DNA of 64,000 bases. Origin: a virus. The position numbers and the translations under genes are program-made. The notes beneath the pieces are model-generated. The model was not told where the DNA came from. It made no database searches and worked only from the letters and a program-made list of their open reading frames with translations. Positions within the stretch are counted from its first letter, which is position 1. Each line of letters opens with the position of its first letter. The stretch lies in the IMG/VR virus record IMGVR_UViG_3300037313_000284, positions 32,001 through 96,000 of that record. One strand, given 5' to 3'. Of the stretch, positions 20,101 through 29,069 are shown piece after piece.

Positions 20101-20485
20101 CGTCCGTCACGTCGATAGGTGCGTAGTTGTCTTCGTAAAGACCGCCACGAGCATGGACGTTATTAATGATCAAGCCGTCAGTGTTGTACTGCAACGAGAT
20201 CAGGTCGCCCTTACGACGAGACGAATACTGCGCGTAAGGCTGCGGGTTACCAACCATCTGGATTTTGAAACCATCCAGTGTGATGTTAGTAGAAGCGCCA
20301 ACCCAGATACGCGGAATCTTCGGCAACCGAGGGGTTTGGCCGAAGATAGTAATGTTGTTTTTGCTAGGGACGGTTAACAAAGTGTCGAAGACCCCATCGT
20401 CTAACAGACGAATGGAATCCCCGCTCACCGATTCATTAATCCGCTGTTGGAATTCAGCAGAAGTACCCGCATTTCTAACAGTCAT
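17108..20485 (-). CDS. Tailspike/depolymerase-like protein (right-handed beta-helix plus lectin-like domains)
   Basis: SGDSIRL..G; NITLDGFKI; VENCLFE; HGDCVQIF; IIAGN/IIADN/IFRN repeats. Confidence 0.7.
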   Translation of the reverse strand: MTVRNAGTSAEFQQRINESVSGDSIRLLDDGVFDTLLTVPSKNNITIFGQTPRLPKIPRIWVGASTNITLDGFKIQMVGNPQPYAQYSSRRKGDLISLQYNTDGLIINNVHARGGLYEDNYAPIDVTDATKYRTYVGNTATNQQPVIEGYRSDGAGGQEPYHRGFGCYPRMIGCMSTAEALAGSITGSMWVENCLFEDGGDCIKFSHNGNANIVFRKNIMQRFYQDFISFGFNGGAFPRVPLIEITGNIFWDSFAQPQDYFNPHGDCVQIFSRDVGGYKLWLSGVTGTIPTSNGVVGYTDSTGKANGANIYVVGPGQAYVLIAPSNVPTASAATFLNSSGATVATATITKAEQITPGPTDSTTPIENLIIAGNITGMQPNARGQHQRFFLSDVPPGAPHLGVIIADNLALSRVSSTACIISNDGYTGAAGCVIFRNAFLANPISNVAKDNEQVTNPITGVTAANVSGSRISVTSDPFYPGRSYAGYNIAESVSSGKSLDANTAPNIQVLTGTPQTLDAYSQVYNTPADWNLVDTPAKLVETFVPKAQYANYGPVRFGDTLSTFLARWSGTVKPYSELPAFVGFAHKVGLPVNTADQRSDFHFVNCGRQTRSISITGGEYRLSSDKNGTTILQDWTSAPGNVTHGNFIQLRTTTAVTPATSKLVTVTVGSDSFSWKATTIDPIGFPLVNFDGTNYLAQNVSGGLAPGVQSKLLTIAMVVSSTVALNGTKDVRITGGASSSSHQFNCTVTSTGKLRFYAPGTRMDVLNVLDGQPHHILITIDTSQPTNALGVRLAVDFQRVDPDFTGSTWRPDEIADWTNVDVAGTLTICPPQTIGGGTGDKFVGGIGLYALWPGKWIDLDVQENIDLFRAANLGPRGEGPFGEPAPIFITGAAADFNNSIAQRGTTSPNNWIKGGTNPFTNATGNTSVWPPNLYMSMEKLTQGVHYGYQPVEILVQPIGTSKSLDVIPVSDKAGFWEVNPAPMPVGRDGVVLRFTPTAPGVHNISITNTGGYFNPTGLSFTAIDNYVDIPAGSTVTITRSRAESLRVIAAAQNLDVDLPDIQVRATDGSGSGYNINPVNSFKPVTKALPLTAKTNLNLDLSTCPTGNLITINVPADAPYTVRFEQP

Positions 20486-21357
20486 TGGATATACCTCACT
20501 GTCAGCGGGAAGCCCGCCGGGACAGTTACTTGCACTGTGTCGGTAAGATTATCGAAAGCGAACGATAGATCGTTCGCACTATCGTTGATGACCGGCGCAT
20601 CAATGGTCTGCACAGTAGGCACAACTACGTCGGGGATAATATCAAACCTGATGCGAAGCGACTTAATAATCGTTCCTTCAGTCCAATAAACTATCATGCT
20701 GCCAACGTCATCGCCGGGAGCGTCGCTAGCAGTCACCGCCGCAAGGCTAGCGGCTTGCGCCTGAGAAAGCACTGCGGATTGACCTGGATTAATCGTGCTA
20801 GAGTTGGAAGTCACTAACAACGAAACTGTGCTGCTGGCGTCAACCGAAACTGTTACTGCTGGATTGCCGCTTTGAATAGCAGTTAGTAAACTCGATAATG
20901 CGGCCTGCCCGGTTTGCGCCAAAGTAGTTTCCACTGACGCTACCGAAAGGGTACGAACGTTAACTCCGTTCAGTGATCCACTTTCCCCAATACTAGCGCG
21001 CCAACGAAACTGCACAGTGCGGTCATCGTTCGGCGGAGCCGCCGAAGACTTAATCCGTAGTGTCGCAGCTTGGACTTTAGTGATTTGGGTTTGCAGACCC
21101 GGCAAGAGCGCTACGTAGCTAGCACCTGACAGATATTCAATATCGTAGTACGGCGTACCATTCGGCAGCGTAACTGTAACCTTATTATTAGTAGGAACAG
21201 AAGTCAGGTCCAAGTTTAGCGGAATAACAGCTACGTCCGCCACCTGCACCAGCATGTTCGTAATGACACCCGGAGGAATCGGCACAGACTGCCTCTTCGC
21301 CGTAGTGATGAACTTGTTATTAGTGCCAGCATTGCCAACACCACCAAGCAGTGACAT
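20482..21357 (-). CDS. Putative fibre adaptor/branching protein with tandem shared modules
   Basis: Two copies of PG.....T/S..QAA(T/S)L module and LNLDL..P..N.(V/I)T(V/I)..P...PY module also present at the C-termini of neighbours. Confidence 0.5.
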   Translation of the reverse strand: MSLLGGVGNAGTNNKFITTAKRQSVPIPPGVITNMLVQVADVAVIPLNLDLTSVPTNNKVTVTLPNGTPYYDIEYLSGASYVALLPGLQTQITKVQAATLRIKSSAAPPNDDRTVQFRWRASIGESGSLNGVNVRTLSVASVETTLAQTGQAALSSLLTAIQSGNPAVTVSVDASSTVSLLVTSNSSTINPGQSAVLSQAQAASLAAVTASDAPGDDVGSMIVYWTEGTIIKSLRIRFDIIPDVVVPTVQTIDAPVINDSANDLSFAFDNLTDTVQVTVPAGFPLTVRYIQ

Positions 21358-21374
21358 AGCTATATCCTTAAATA

Positions 21375-21821
21375 CTAACCTGTAATCGTCGGGACGATGA
21401 ACAGCTTTCCGTTTTCCGACATTTGGACGTAGCCTAGTTTTTGTCCGGGCACGATTTGCAAATGCATCTTCTCGCCACCTAGTAACGGAATGCAGCCCGC
21501 CACCGCGCCGATACCCGTGGCAGTATCCGGGTCCGCTTGGATAGTAATAAACATATCCTTAGTAGCGCAGACCAAAATTTCACGCGAAGTCAAGGCGGGA
21601 GTCTTTTGCGGCGTATCAGTAACGTCTAACGCAAAGCAATTGGCGGGCGTGAAGTTGTATTGACGGGTCGTAGCATCAAACGAACTAACTTCAACCAACC
21701 CTTGAGTAACGGCGTCATTAAGTTCTACCGGAAGGATGGGGAAAAGCCGCGTTTCATGCGGACCCATAACGAACGTGCCACTACCAATCGTGGTGTCAGT
21801 TCTGTTCCAAACAACGTACAT
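21375..21821 (-). CDS. Small virion protein with shared N-terminal module; paralogue of 22463..22897
   Basis: MYVVWNRTD...MGPHET...LPVEL; C-terminal GEKMHLQIVPGQK. Confidence 0.6.
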   Translation of the reverse strand: MYVVWNRTDTTIGSGTFVMGPHETRLFPILPVELNDAVTQGLVEVSSFDATTRQYNFTPANCFALDVTDTPQKTPALTSREILVCATKDMFITIQADPDTATGIGAVAGCIPLLGGEKMHLQIVPGQKLGYVQMSENGKLFIVPTITG

Positions 21822-21844
21822 GTTATTAACCTCTTAAACGTGTT

Positions 21845-21880
21845 AAAACAGCGTAGTGTCAGACACTACGCTGTTGTTTT
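21845..21880. terminator. Hairpin/terminator
   Basis: aacagcgtagtgtc-a-gacactacgctgtt flanked by A/T runs. Confidence 0.6.
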
Positions 21881-22442
21881 AGATCAGGGGATCGCTATTC
21901 GACATGGTTAGCGACCAAGCAAAAGCCGACGCCGCCGGGGCACCGGTCACCTCGCATTTAATAATCAACGGTTCCATATCATCTACTTCGATAAGCGACG
22001 ATATGCGTTGCCGTCCTGACACAGCCGCACCGAAGGCGAGAGTTAGCGCTGTCGCGACGTTATTCTTCATAACGGTAAACGTGCGCGAAGTACCCGCACC
22101 CGGAACAACTGCCAACACGCATTGTAGGTTATAAATACGCTTCTTTCGGTTTGGGTAAATTTGCTGGTTAGCGGTAGCGCTCGGAACCACGTTAGCGCCG
22201 AATAACGGCAAGTATTGCGTCACCGTTCCGAGCAACGAACCTGCCGCTACGTATCCATGCATATCATACGTTAATAGCGGCGGTTCATCGAGACTTGCCG
22301 CCGAAAGTTGTCCCGACACTAAACCAGGACTTAAGTCTACCGGCAGGGTAACGGTGTTCATCACGACGCCACGGCCTGCCGCTAAAGACAGAGACGCAGA
22401 ATTCCAAGCAGAAGGACCTGCGTTAGTAATATAGTACGGCAT
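21879..22442 (-). CDS. Small virion protein with shared N-terminal module
   Basis: MPYYITNAG...LSLAAG...LPVDL; C-terminal PGAGTSRTFTV.KN beta domain. Confidence 0.6.
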   Translation of the reverse strand: MPYYITNAGPSAWNSASLSLAAGRGVVMNTVTLPVDLSPGLVSGQLSAASLDEPPLLTYDMHGYVAAGSLLGTVTQYLPLFGANVVPSATANQQIYPNRKKRIYNLQCVLAVVPGAGTSRTFTVMKNNVATALTLAFGAAVSGRQRISSLIEVDDMEPLIIKCEVTGAPAASAFAWSLTMSNSDPLI

Positions 22443-22462
22443 CGCTCACACTACCCTAATAA

Positions 22463-22897
22463 CTACACGATCGACTTGACGGGAACGACGAATAGCGCGC
22501 CACTGGTAGTGAACTGAAGCACCGAAACTTTGTCACCGGGCGTGATTTGCAGATGGAAACGTTCACCAGCTGGAAGGTAAGTGCTACCAGCCACGTCCGC
22601 TGCGTCAGGCGTTGCGCCGACGGTGAAATAACAAGCGACCGTAGAGATCACCATAATCTCAAAAGCGTTAATAGCAGCCGAATCATTATTAGACGAGCCG
22701 ACGGCGACACGTTGACCGTTAGACCACTCGTACGTACGAGTGGTGTTACCAAGGTCAATGATTTCTACCGAACGCGAACGAACAAGTTCATCCATGTCTT
22801 CCGGAAGCGACGGAAGAATAAGCGTTTCGCCAGCCGCTATTTCAATCGAACCCGCACGGCGACTGCCTGCGGAAATATTAGTGATACGATATGACAT
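22463..22897 (-). CDS. Small virion protein with shared N-terminal module
   Basis: MSYRITN...IAAGET...LPEDM; C-terminal GERFHLQITPGDK. Confidence 0.6.
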   Translation of the reverse strand: MSYRITNISAGSRRAGSIEIAAGETLILPSLPEDMDELVRSRSVEIIDLGNTTRTYEWSNGQRVAVGSSNNDSAAINAFEIMVISTVACYFTVGATPDAADVAGSTYLPAGERFHLQITPGDKVSVLQFTTSGALFVVPVKSIV

Positions 22898-22925
22898 TGT
22901 TTACGCTCCGGGTAAGCGGTGATTA

Positions 22926-23705
22926 TTAACTGTCGCCTAAGTGAAGTAGATGCTCAGGCGACACGTGTGCCGCTGCCCAAGCCGGGGTGGGGTGGACGCA
23001 ACTAAGCTCGAACCCGCGAATGAAATCGCAAATGTAGTGAGCTAAGACCGGACCGCGGTCCGGAGTATTGAAAATGCGCATCGTCCTATTATCAAGGCTA
23101 ATGTGCTCACAACCGTTTTGTGCTTTGGTTGGGCGATGCCCGCACACTGCGCATTCGTAACTACCGACCGAAGCACCCATCGAATAGTGAGAGTATTCAC
23201 CGGTTAGGATGTTATTAGCTAAAACCGGATCACGAGTACGGTCACAGCCATAAAGCGCAACCGCCTTCCACACTTTCTGATTAGTACCAGCTAGCGGAAG
23301 CATGCGGGTATCGAACACCGCGCCCTTAGCGTTAGTCGGGTCATCATTAACGTGATTGAAATGCGTAGGCCTACGCTTCCACGTTTCATAACCCAAGCAC
23401 GCTAGGTCCAGATCGAACCGACCCATGCTAGCTAGTGAGAACGCCACGCCATTACGATTAGGTAGCGCCGTAGGAAACATAATAACCGGAGTGATTACGT
23501 AATCTCTAATGTCCCTAGAGATATTGTATTCAGCGGCGGCGGCTTCCAACCAACCGGTTCCCAATTCTCGACCTAGGTTAGTATCTAGTCCCGCCGTTTC
23601 AAAAGACATTCTGGCACGCGACTCATTGCCCTTAAGAATGTCGTGCATTTCAAATGCTTGTAACCCAGGTTCCTCACAGAACCCTAGTTCGATAGACCTT
23701 TCCAC
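22926..23705 (-). CDS. Prohead maturation protease (HK97/assemblin-like)
   Basis: PNRNGVAF; HFNH; YSMG; CxxC..CEH insert; GFELSCVHPTPA; start reassigned to GTG 23705 (AGGAG RBS, TAATTT motif at 23749-23754 upstream). Confidence 0.8.
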   Translation of the reverse strand: MERSIELGFCEEPGLQAFEMHDILKGNESRARMSFETAGLDTNLGRELGTGWLEAAAAEYNISRDIRDYVITPVIMFPTALPNRNGVAFSLASMGRFDLDLACLGYETWKRRPTHFNHVNDDPTNAKGAVFDTRMLPLAGTNQKVWKAVALYGCDRTRDPVLANNILTGEYSHYSMGASVGSYECAVCGHRPTKAQNGCEHISLDNRTMRIFNTPDRGPVLAHYICDFIRGFELSCVHPTPAWAAAHVSPEHLLHLGDS

Positions 23706-23778
23706 AGTCGCAACTCCTAACCTATGGGCGACGTTTGGTTCGCTTATTAAATTAGCGTTAGGCGGCATTTTAGACAAG

Positions 23779-23809
23779 AAAAAGCCCCGTAGCGCGGGGC
23801 TACGGGGCT
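23779..23809 (-). terminator. Intrinsic terminator
   Basis: agccccgtagc-gcggg-gctacggggct with T-run on minus strand. Confidence 0.7.
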
Positions 23810-23820
23810 GTCTAGATCGT

Positions 23821-25215
23821 CTATAACTTAAAGATCATTGAGTGCTTAGGATCATGATCTTGAGCTATCGCAGCGGCCGCTGCTATCACTTTAGGCGGTG
23901 CACTATCACGAATCATTTTAATATCGCAACGATGCCGTTCAATCTCACCGTATTCTTTGTGGTGAACAATGCAGCGCATATCTTGACCTGAGCGATAACC
24001 GCTACTAAAATGCCAAGCATCCGAGCCTGCTAGCGTGCGGAATATTTCGCACGTCACTCCATCCTTTTCTTCTACCTTGTCATGGTGCAAATGCCCTTGA
24101 TAGAAGTAGAGGAACTCAGACGAAGAGATTAACGAACGGCAATCGGTGTACATGATGCCCGGCAGATTAGCGGGCTTCGTCGTGTCACCGTGCGTAGCGC
24201 CAATTAGTACCTTACCGAATTGGAAGTACCAGAAGGCCGCAGGTGAAAGCGAAATGTGCACGCGTGGATTGTTTTTATAATACATATCCAGCGACAAAGC
24301 TAGCGCGTATGACGAACGCTTGTCGTGGTTGCCTCGCACGTTTCTAACAATAACCGTCTCATGCTTTTCAAGTGCACGTTCGATGCACCAGATCATAGCC
24401 CGCAGGCCGACTTGCATGATTTCGGTCCAGCGACCAGACACATCTAACGAATTATTAGAACGCTCAGTGCGGTTCTCTTCGTTGTCAGTGTGAAAGAAAT
24501 CTCCTAGGTTAAGGATGACACCGATCTTAGCGTTAGGTGCACTAGCAACCAACCTATCGATGGCAGTAATAGTTACTAATTCGGCGGTGTGTAGACTGAA
24601 GTCCTCACCGGCTTCCCTCGCCCATGCGTGCATGCCGAAGTGTGGGTCTCCCATAGGGTAGACGCACATAAGGTCTTCGTCGAAATTCTTTGGCGGTTTA
24701 ATAAGCGGCGACTTACTCTTGGCGCGCTTTGTCAGCCAATGCACCCACTCTTCAATCGCCTTGTCGGCTTCTTCTCTGTCAAGCTCGGATTTAACCCATT
24801 GTTGGGTAACGGAGCCTGTCGAATCGTATTGCGTAGTAACTCCCTTAACGCGATACGGTCGAGGAACACGCTTAGTCATATCGAAGTCGGGAGCATGCCC
24901 GGTAAGGGCGGCTTTCTTACTCAGCGCTTCGATAGCGTCATTCAATTCCGGCAGGGTAATACCTAGGGCGTTACACGCCGCGATTTTGGCAGATTGCAGT
25001 AACCCGAACACCGCGCGTTCGGTGATACCTAAGGCAGCGCCTGCCGCTAAGCGTGTGCCGTATTTATTAACAGCGTCAATAGCCTCACATTGACGTTCAG
25101 TAGCCCAATTCTTCAAAGTAGGGTTAATTGGCAGCCTTACCAATGTATCCTGAATTCTAAAATCTTCGTCCAAACTCTTCATCGTGCCCAACCACTCGCT
25201 TACTAAATGATGCAC
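23821..25215 (-). CDS. Calcineurin-like metallophosphoesterase with N-terminal HTH
   Basis: GDPHFG, GDFFH, GNHD, THGD, GHLHH motifs; AGAALGITERAV HTH-like. Confidence 0.85.
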   Translation of the reverse strand: MHHLVSEWLGTMKSLDEDFRIQDTLVRLPINPTLKNWATERQCEAIDAVNKYGTRLAAGAALGITERAVFGLLQSAKIAACNALGITLPELNDAIEALSKKAALTGHAPDFDMTKRVPRPYRVKGVTTQYDSTGSVTQQWVKSELDREEADKAIEEWVHWLTKRAKSKSPLIKPPKNFDEDLMCVYPMGDPHFGMHAWAREAGEDFSLHTAELVTITAIDRLVASAPNAKIGVILNLGDFFHTDNEENRTERSNNSLDVSGRWTEIMQVGLRAMIWCIERALEKHETVIVRNVRGNHDKRSSYALALSLDMYYKNNPRVHISLSPAAFWYFQFGKVLIGATHGDTTKPANLPGIMYTDCRSLISSSEFLYFYQGHLHHDKVEEKDGVTCEIFRTLAGSDAWHFSSGYRSGQDMRCIVHHKEYGEIERHRCDIKMIRDSAPPKVIAAAAAIAQDHDPKHSMIFKL

Positions 25216-25218
25216 GTT

Positions 25219-25244
25219 GCCCCTGCGGTTGATTCCGCAGGGGC
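25219..25244. terminator. Intergenic hairpin
   Basis: gcccctgcgg-ttgatt-ccgcaggggc. Confidence 0.5.
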
Positions 25245-25257
25245 TTATGTGGTCGGG

Positions 25258-27552
25258 CTACTTAGGCCCGCCGTGTTTATCAGCCCAATCACGCATCATC
25301 TTTGCAGTTCCGATTGCGTCTTCGGGATCATTAGTACCATAGGAAGTAGCCTCACGCCGTTCAGCGCTAGGTAGTTCCTTTTTACTAAACGTCACGATGT
25401 ATTCACCATCGACGACGTTACAGACCAAGCCAAGTTTACGAATTTCTTCCTTCACTTGTGCTTGAGTTAGTGCAGTCTCAACGGCTGCACGTTCGATGCT
25501 ATTATGATGATCGATCAATGCTTCAATCGTGTCAGTTTGGCACCGTCCGGTAGTGCCCCTAGTAACTCCAGGCACCGCACGGTCGAACCAATAACTGTAT
25601 CCGCCGTTGTCTTTAACACAGTCAATTGTCACGCTATTGCGTAAGAGGTACCTAGTACCGTGGATACCAGCAGCTAAGGCTTCTCGCGCAGACTTCTTGA
25701 AATCCTTGAGACTGAAAGGTTGTGGCGCAATTTTCACCACCGCCGTTTTCATATCTTTATAGTGATTAGCAGTCTCGCGAACAGTACCGTCAACCGATTG
25801 CTTAGCTTTCGGTTCTGACTTACCGTCGTAGCCGACCTTAACCGCCATCTTCATTAACTCATCGGAGAAGCGACGCGGCTTCTTACCGTCAAGCATCAAT
25901 GCGTCAGGATGCGCCATCGAGCCCAGCATAGAAGCGATCTTCGCTAACGCTGCGCCGATAGTAACCATGTAGTCAGCTTTGAACTTACCAAGCTTACGTT
26001 GCAGGCCGCACATATCGGCGGTGACTTCAACTTGATAACCGGTACCTTCGTTTTCGTAGGTGTAGGCGATCTTGTACTCAACAGCACCCATGCAGAAGCA
26101 ATAGGTTTTATTAGTAACCTTACCTGCCTTCACACCGACCAACTTACGAAGCTCTTCGCAGTAGTCTTGCAGGGTCTTCTTATCGCCGTCCTTACCGAGT
26201 TCGTCAGCAATGGAATCAAGCAAGCGAAGCACGCGGGTCATATCGTTGTGATTAACCTTGGCGAATTGCTTCAGCATCTTGTTGTAAACCGTCAAGAGTT
26301 TGGCTGATTCCCAACCGCTCTTGCGCTTGACCTTAACGCCCTTGTTGATCGTACCGTAGTGCAACTCCACTACGGGTTTCTTGCGACTTAAATTAATCAC
26401 GATGTGCGCGCCACCTAGGACGCACGTCTCGTTCTCTTTCTTTTTGCCGCCGAGCGCCGCCATCAGGCGTCCCGCGTTGAAAGCCTTAGGCTCTTTCGCG
26501 GTTTCCACCATGTGGTTAATAATACCGTCAACGTGCTCTTTCATGAGCGCGAGTTCGTCTTCGCTCAAGTCCTCTTCTTCGAGCGTGCACTCGCTAGGAC
26601 CGTCGTGAAGCATACCGTCGTCAGCTAGCTCGCTGCCAGACTTGAACTTCCCGATCTTGGTTCCGGTTCGTTTAGCATCTTTTATTAATGCCTTAACAAT
26701 ATCGTCGTAACCCTTAGCGTCGTTCTTCGCGCCCCAAATATCGTCGGCGTGTGTACCGTCCTGATATATTAACATGAGGCCGGGTTCGTCTTTAGTAGGC
26801 ATCTGAATCATGTACGGTAACAACAAATCGTTATTACCATATAGCATGATATAGTCGTAGTCTTCTTTCGAAGCTCTAGAGTGGAACTTGACGGTAATCT
26901 TCAGCTTAGCTTTAGCTAAGGCTGCCAAGATACCTTTTAACTTAGCCCGTGAGGCCGCCGTCTCAACCGAGGCTTCCTCTTCGGAGTCCTCATCGTCTTC
27001 GTCGGTGTTATTATCGAGTTCGTCTAGCTCGTCTTCGTGCTCAACGTCCTCTTCCTCGTCGTCTTCGTCTTTAGCCTTGCCTTTCTTTTTCTTCTTTTTA
27101 GGCTTAGCCTCTTCCTCTTCTTCCTCGTCGTCGGACTCTTCTTCGTCCGAGTTATCATCATCTTCCGCTTCCGCAGAGTCGTCATCTTCATCGGACTCTT
27201 CGTCCTCAGAATCTTCCTCTTCGTCGCCATCCTCTTCGGTGTCTTCTTCACCGTCGAACATATCGGATTCGATGATCTTAATTAGTGCGTCCGACTTGGC
27301 GTCGAGATTGTCTTCATTGAGAGCTTCAGCGAGAGCCTCAAACATACCAATGAATTCTTCTTCGTCATTGGAGTCGAAATTAGTCTCTTCACCACTCACC
27401 ACTAACGTAACGCGGCCACCGGGACGCACGATGATAGTAATAAGGCTCGAACTGTCGATGACGATGTACGCGTAGTTACCTTGTCTGTCCTTGCCGCCGG
27501 TAATGATACCTTGTTTCTCGGCGAGGGCTAAAATTTCAAGGATCACTTCCAT
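25258..27552 (-). CDS. Multi-domain acidic/basic internal head protein (candidate polyprotein)
   Basis: Five compact segments separated by VETAA, VETAK, RETAN, VETAL; long D/E tract with poly-K; start at ATG 27552 after AAGGA. Confidence 0.6.
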   Translation of the reverse strand: MEVILEILALAEKQGIITGGKDRQGNYAYIVIDSSSLITIIVRPGGRVTLVVSGEETNFDSNDEEEFIGMFEALAEALNEDNLDAKSDALIKIIESDMFDGEEDTEEDGDEEEDSEDEESDEDDDSAEAEDDDNSDEEESDDEEEEEEAKPKKKKKKGKAKDEDDEEEDVEHEDELDELDNNTDEDDEDSEEEASVETAASRAKLKGILAALAKAKLKITVKFHSRASKEDYDYIMLYGNNDLLLPYMIQMPTKDEPGLMLIYQDGTHADDIWGAKNDAKGYDDIVKALIKDAKRTGTKIGKFKSGSELADDGMLHDGPSECTLEEEDLSEDELALMKEHVDGIINHMVETAKEPKAFNAGRLMAALGGKKKENETCVLGGAHIVINLSRKKPVVELHYGTINKGVKVKRKSGWESAKLLTVYNKMLKQFAKVNHNDMTRVLRLLDSIADELGKDGDKKTLQDYCEELRKLVGVKAGKVTNKTYCFCMGAVEYKIAYTYENEGTGYQVEVTADMCGLQRKLGKFKADYMVTIGAALAKIASMLGSMAHPDALMLDGKKPRRFSDELMKMAVKVGYDGKSEPKAKQSVDGTVRETANHYKDMKTAVVKIAPQPFSLKDFKKSAREALAAGIHGTRYLLRNSVTIDCVKDNGGYSYWFDRAVPGVTRGTTGRCQTDTIEALIDHHNSIERAAVETALTQAQVKEEIRKLGLVCNVVDGEYIVTFSKKELPSAERREATSYGTNDPEDAIGTAKMMRDWADKHGGPK

Positions 27553-27585
27553 AGCAAGACTATCCTTCAAGAACTCAATTAGAAA

Positions 27586-28578
27586 TTAACTCAACTTCGG
27601 TTTGGCTTGTTGGCCTAAAGCAGGCAATCCATGTCTACTGGAACTCATTACAAAATCACGGTAGCGATCCGGCATATATTCATCGACGGCGCGCTTACGA
27701 GTAGCTCGCAATTGCATGGCCGTATCAAAATAATAAGCGATCTTCTCACGAAGTTGCGGGTCATCGGGATGAAGAAATCCCGACAGCGGAGAATTTAATA
27801 ATCTCCGCAGTATCCGCTTGGCTTCATGTGGTTCTTTGCGTAAGATCAGCCGATAAAATGGTGTAAACGAACCACGGGCTTCGAAATGATATCGCGTCAG
27901 GTTGTATACGCGCTTACTTAACAGTGCCGCGTACAATCCCATTTCTGTGGCTGTCGTGACGTACACCACATCTGCATTATTTAATAATTCGATACCGCTG
28001 CAATCGCGATCAAATACGCGGTTATAACCAAACGTCTGGCCAAGTTTGCGCGTAAGTTCCGGCGCAGTAATCGGATGCAGTTTAATAAGCACGTCTTCGT
28101 CCTCATGCATCAGACGCATGAGGTTTTCGGCGCTTACTGCTTCATCGAAAACATTGTGCCCTGGTAGAAAGATTATTTTCTTAGGCACAAAATCGATTGG
28201 ACGGTCATGGACCAAACATAGAGGTTTAGTTAATACATACTTGTCACGGAGGGGTAGGTGATCCACAGGGTGGAATTCCCATCGACTTACGTCGTCATCC
28301 AGGGCTTTTTCCACCATCAACGCAGTCATTTCGTTAGACTGCGGCTGCAACCACATATTTCCTAATAATTCAGTGTAGGTGAATTCGTGAAAATAATCGG
28401 GTTGCAATCGAGACACATCATAACTACAGGGCAACGGTGTCAGTTCACGAATAATTTTCTCGATTGTGCCCAGACGTTTTAGGTGCGGCGCCCGCTTTTC
28501 CCAGCTTTCCTTACCGATTTTGTCGATTTGGAAAACTTCATCCGTCATGAGTTGATCGTGTATGAGTGTAGTTACCAT
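27586..28578 (-). CDS. KpsS/KpsC-like (capsule biosynthesis family) glycosyltransferase-like protein
   Basis: LIKLHP...ELLNNADVVYVTTATEMGLYAALLSKRV resembles the KxHP...LL..AD.V....S..G..A.L.GK.V GT-B motif. Confidence 0.55.
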   Translation of the reverse strand: MVTTLIHDQLMTDEVFQIDKIGKESWEKRAPHLKRLGTIEKIIRELTPLPCSYDVSRLQPDYFHEFTYTELLGNMWLQPQSNEMTALMVEKALDDDVSRWEFHPVDHLPLRDKYVLTKPLCLVHDRPIDFVPKKIIFLPGHNVFDEAVSAENLMRLMHEDEDVLIKLHPITAPELTRKLGQTFGYNRVFDRDCSGIELLNNADVVYVTTATEMGLYAALLSKRVYNLTRYHFEARGSFTPFYRLILRKEPHEAKRILRRLLNSPLSGFLHPDDPQLREKIAYYFDTAMQLRATRKRAVDEYMPDRYRDFVMSSSRHGLPALGQQAKPKLS

Positions 28579-29069
28579 CCGGTGAATCTCGTCGTATTAA
28601 CGGAAGTAGGTTGTGAAGTAGTGTGCGCGTCTGTGTCACTCGTAGAAAAAGATTCGGTAGTGGTGTGCGTTTCTGAAGTAGTATACGTATCAGACGTCGT
28701 GTGCGATTCTGACGTTAAGAATGTAGAGCTAGTAACGTGACTTTCAGACGTAGTGTGAGTTTCTTCGCCGCTCGTTACTCGGCTAGTGCTGCGAGTATCG
28801 GTACCGCCATTAATAACAGTCTCGAATTCCGTACTGTAGCTGTACGGCGAAGTGGTATTAAAATAAGACGTGGTGGTAAAGGAACCCGAGGTGTAGAACG
28901 AGGACGAAGTGGTGTACGAATTCGTCGTATTGAAATACGAAGTGGTTGAATACGAAATAGACGTAGTATGCGAACCCGAGGCACCGGTGAGAAAGCTAGT
29001 CGAATAACTGCTAGCGTAAAAAGTAAGGTGAAACCGGTGCGCATTATACGGACGATACAGAAACAGCAT
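28572..29069 (-). CDS. Thr/Ser-rich hexad-repeat protein
   Basis: (S/Y)(F/Y/H)xTTS-like 6-aa repeats on either side of a central VINGG turn; overlaps next gene. Confidence 0.65.
   Translation of the reverse strand: MLFLYRPYNAHRFHLTFYASSYSTSFLTGASGSHTTSISYSTTSYFNTTNSYTTSSSFYTSGSFTTTSYFNTTSPYSYSTEFETVINGGTDTRSTSRVTSGEETHTTSESHVTSSTFLTSESHTTSDTYTTSETHTTTESFSTSDTDAHTTSQPTSVNTTRFTGW

Noticed and set aside
15939-22897. Diversity-generating retroelement acting on fibre genes
   Set aside because: No reverse transcriptase and no near-identical TR/VR nucleotide repeat seen; paralogy is visible only at protein level
23706-23777. ORF-track N-terminus of the protease (MSKMPP...)
   Set aside because: Abuts the terminator and contains the promoter motif; a strong AGGAG RBS supports the GTG at 23705
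26888-27475. Poly-Ser + strand ORFs (also 13611..14108, 36310..36849)
   Set aside because: Reverse complement of Asp/Glu-rich tracts
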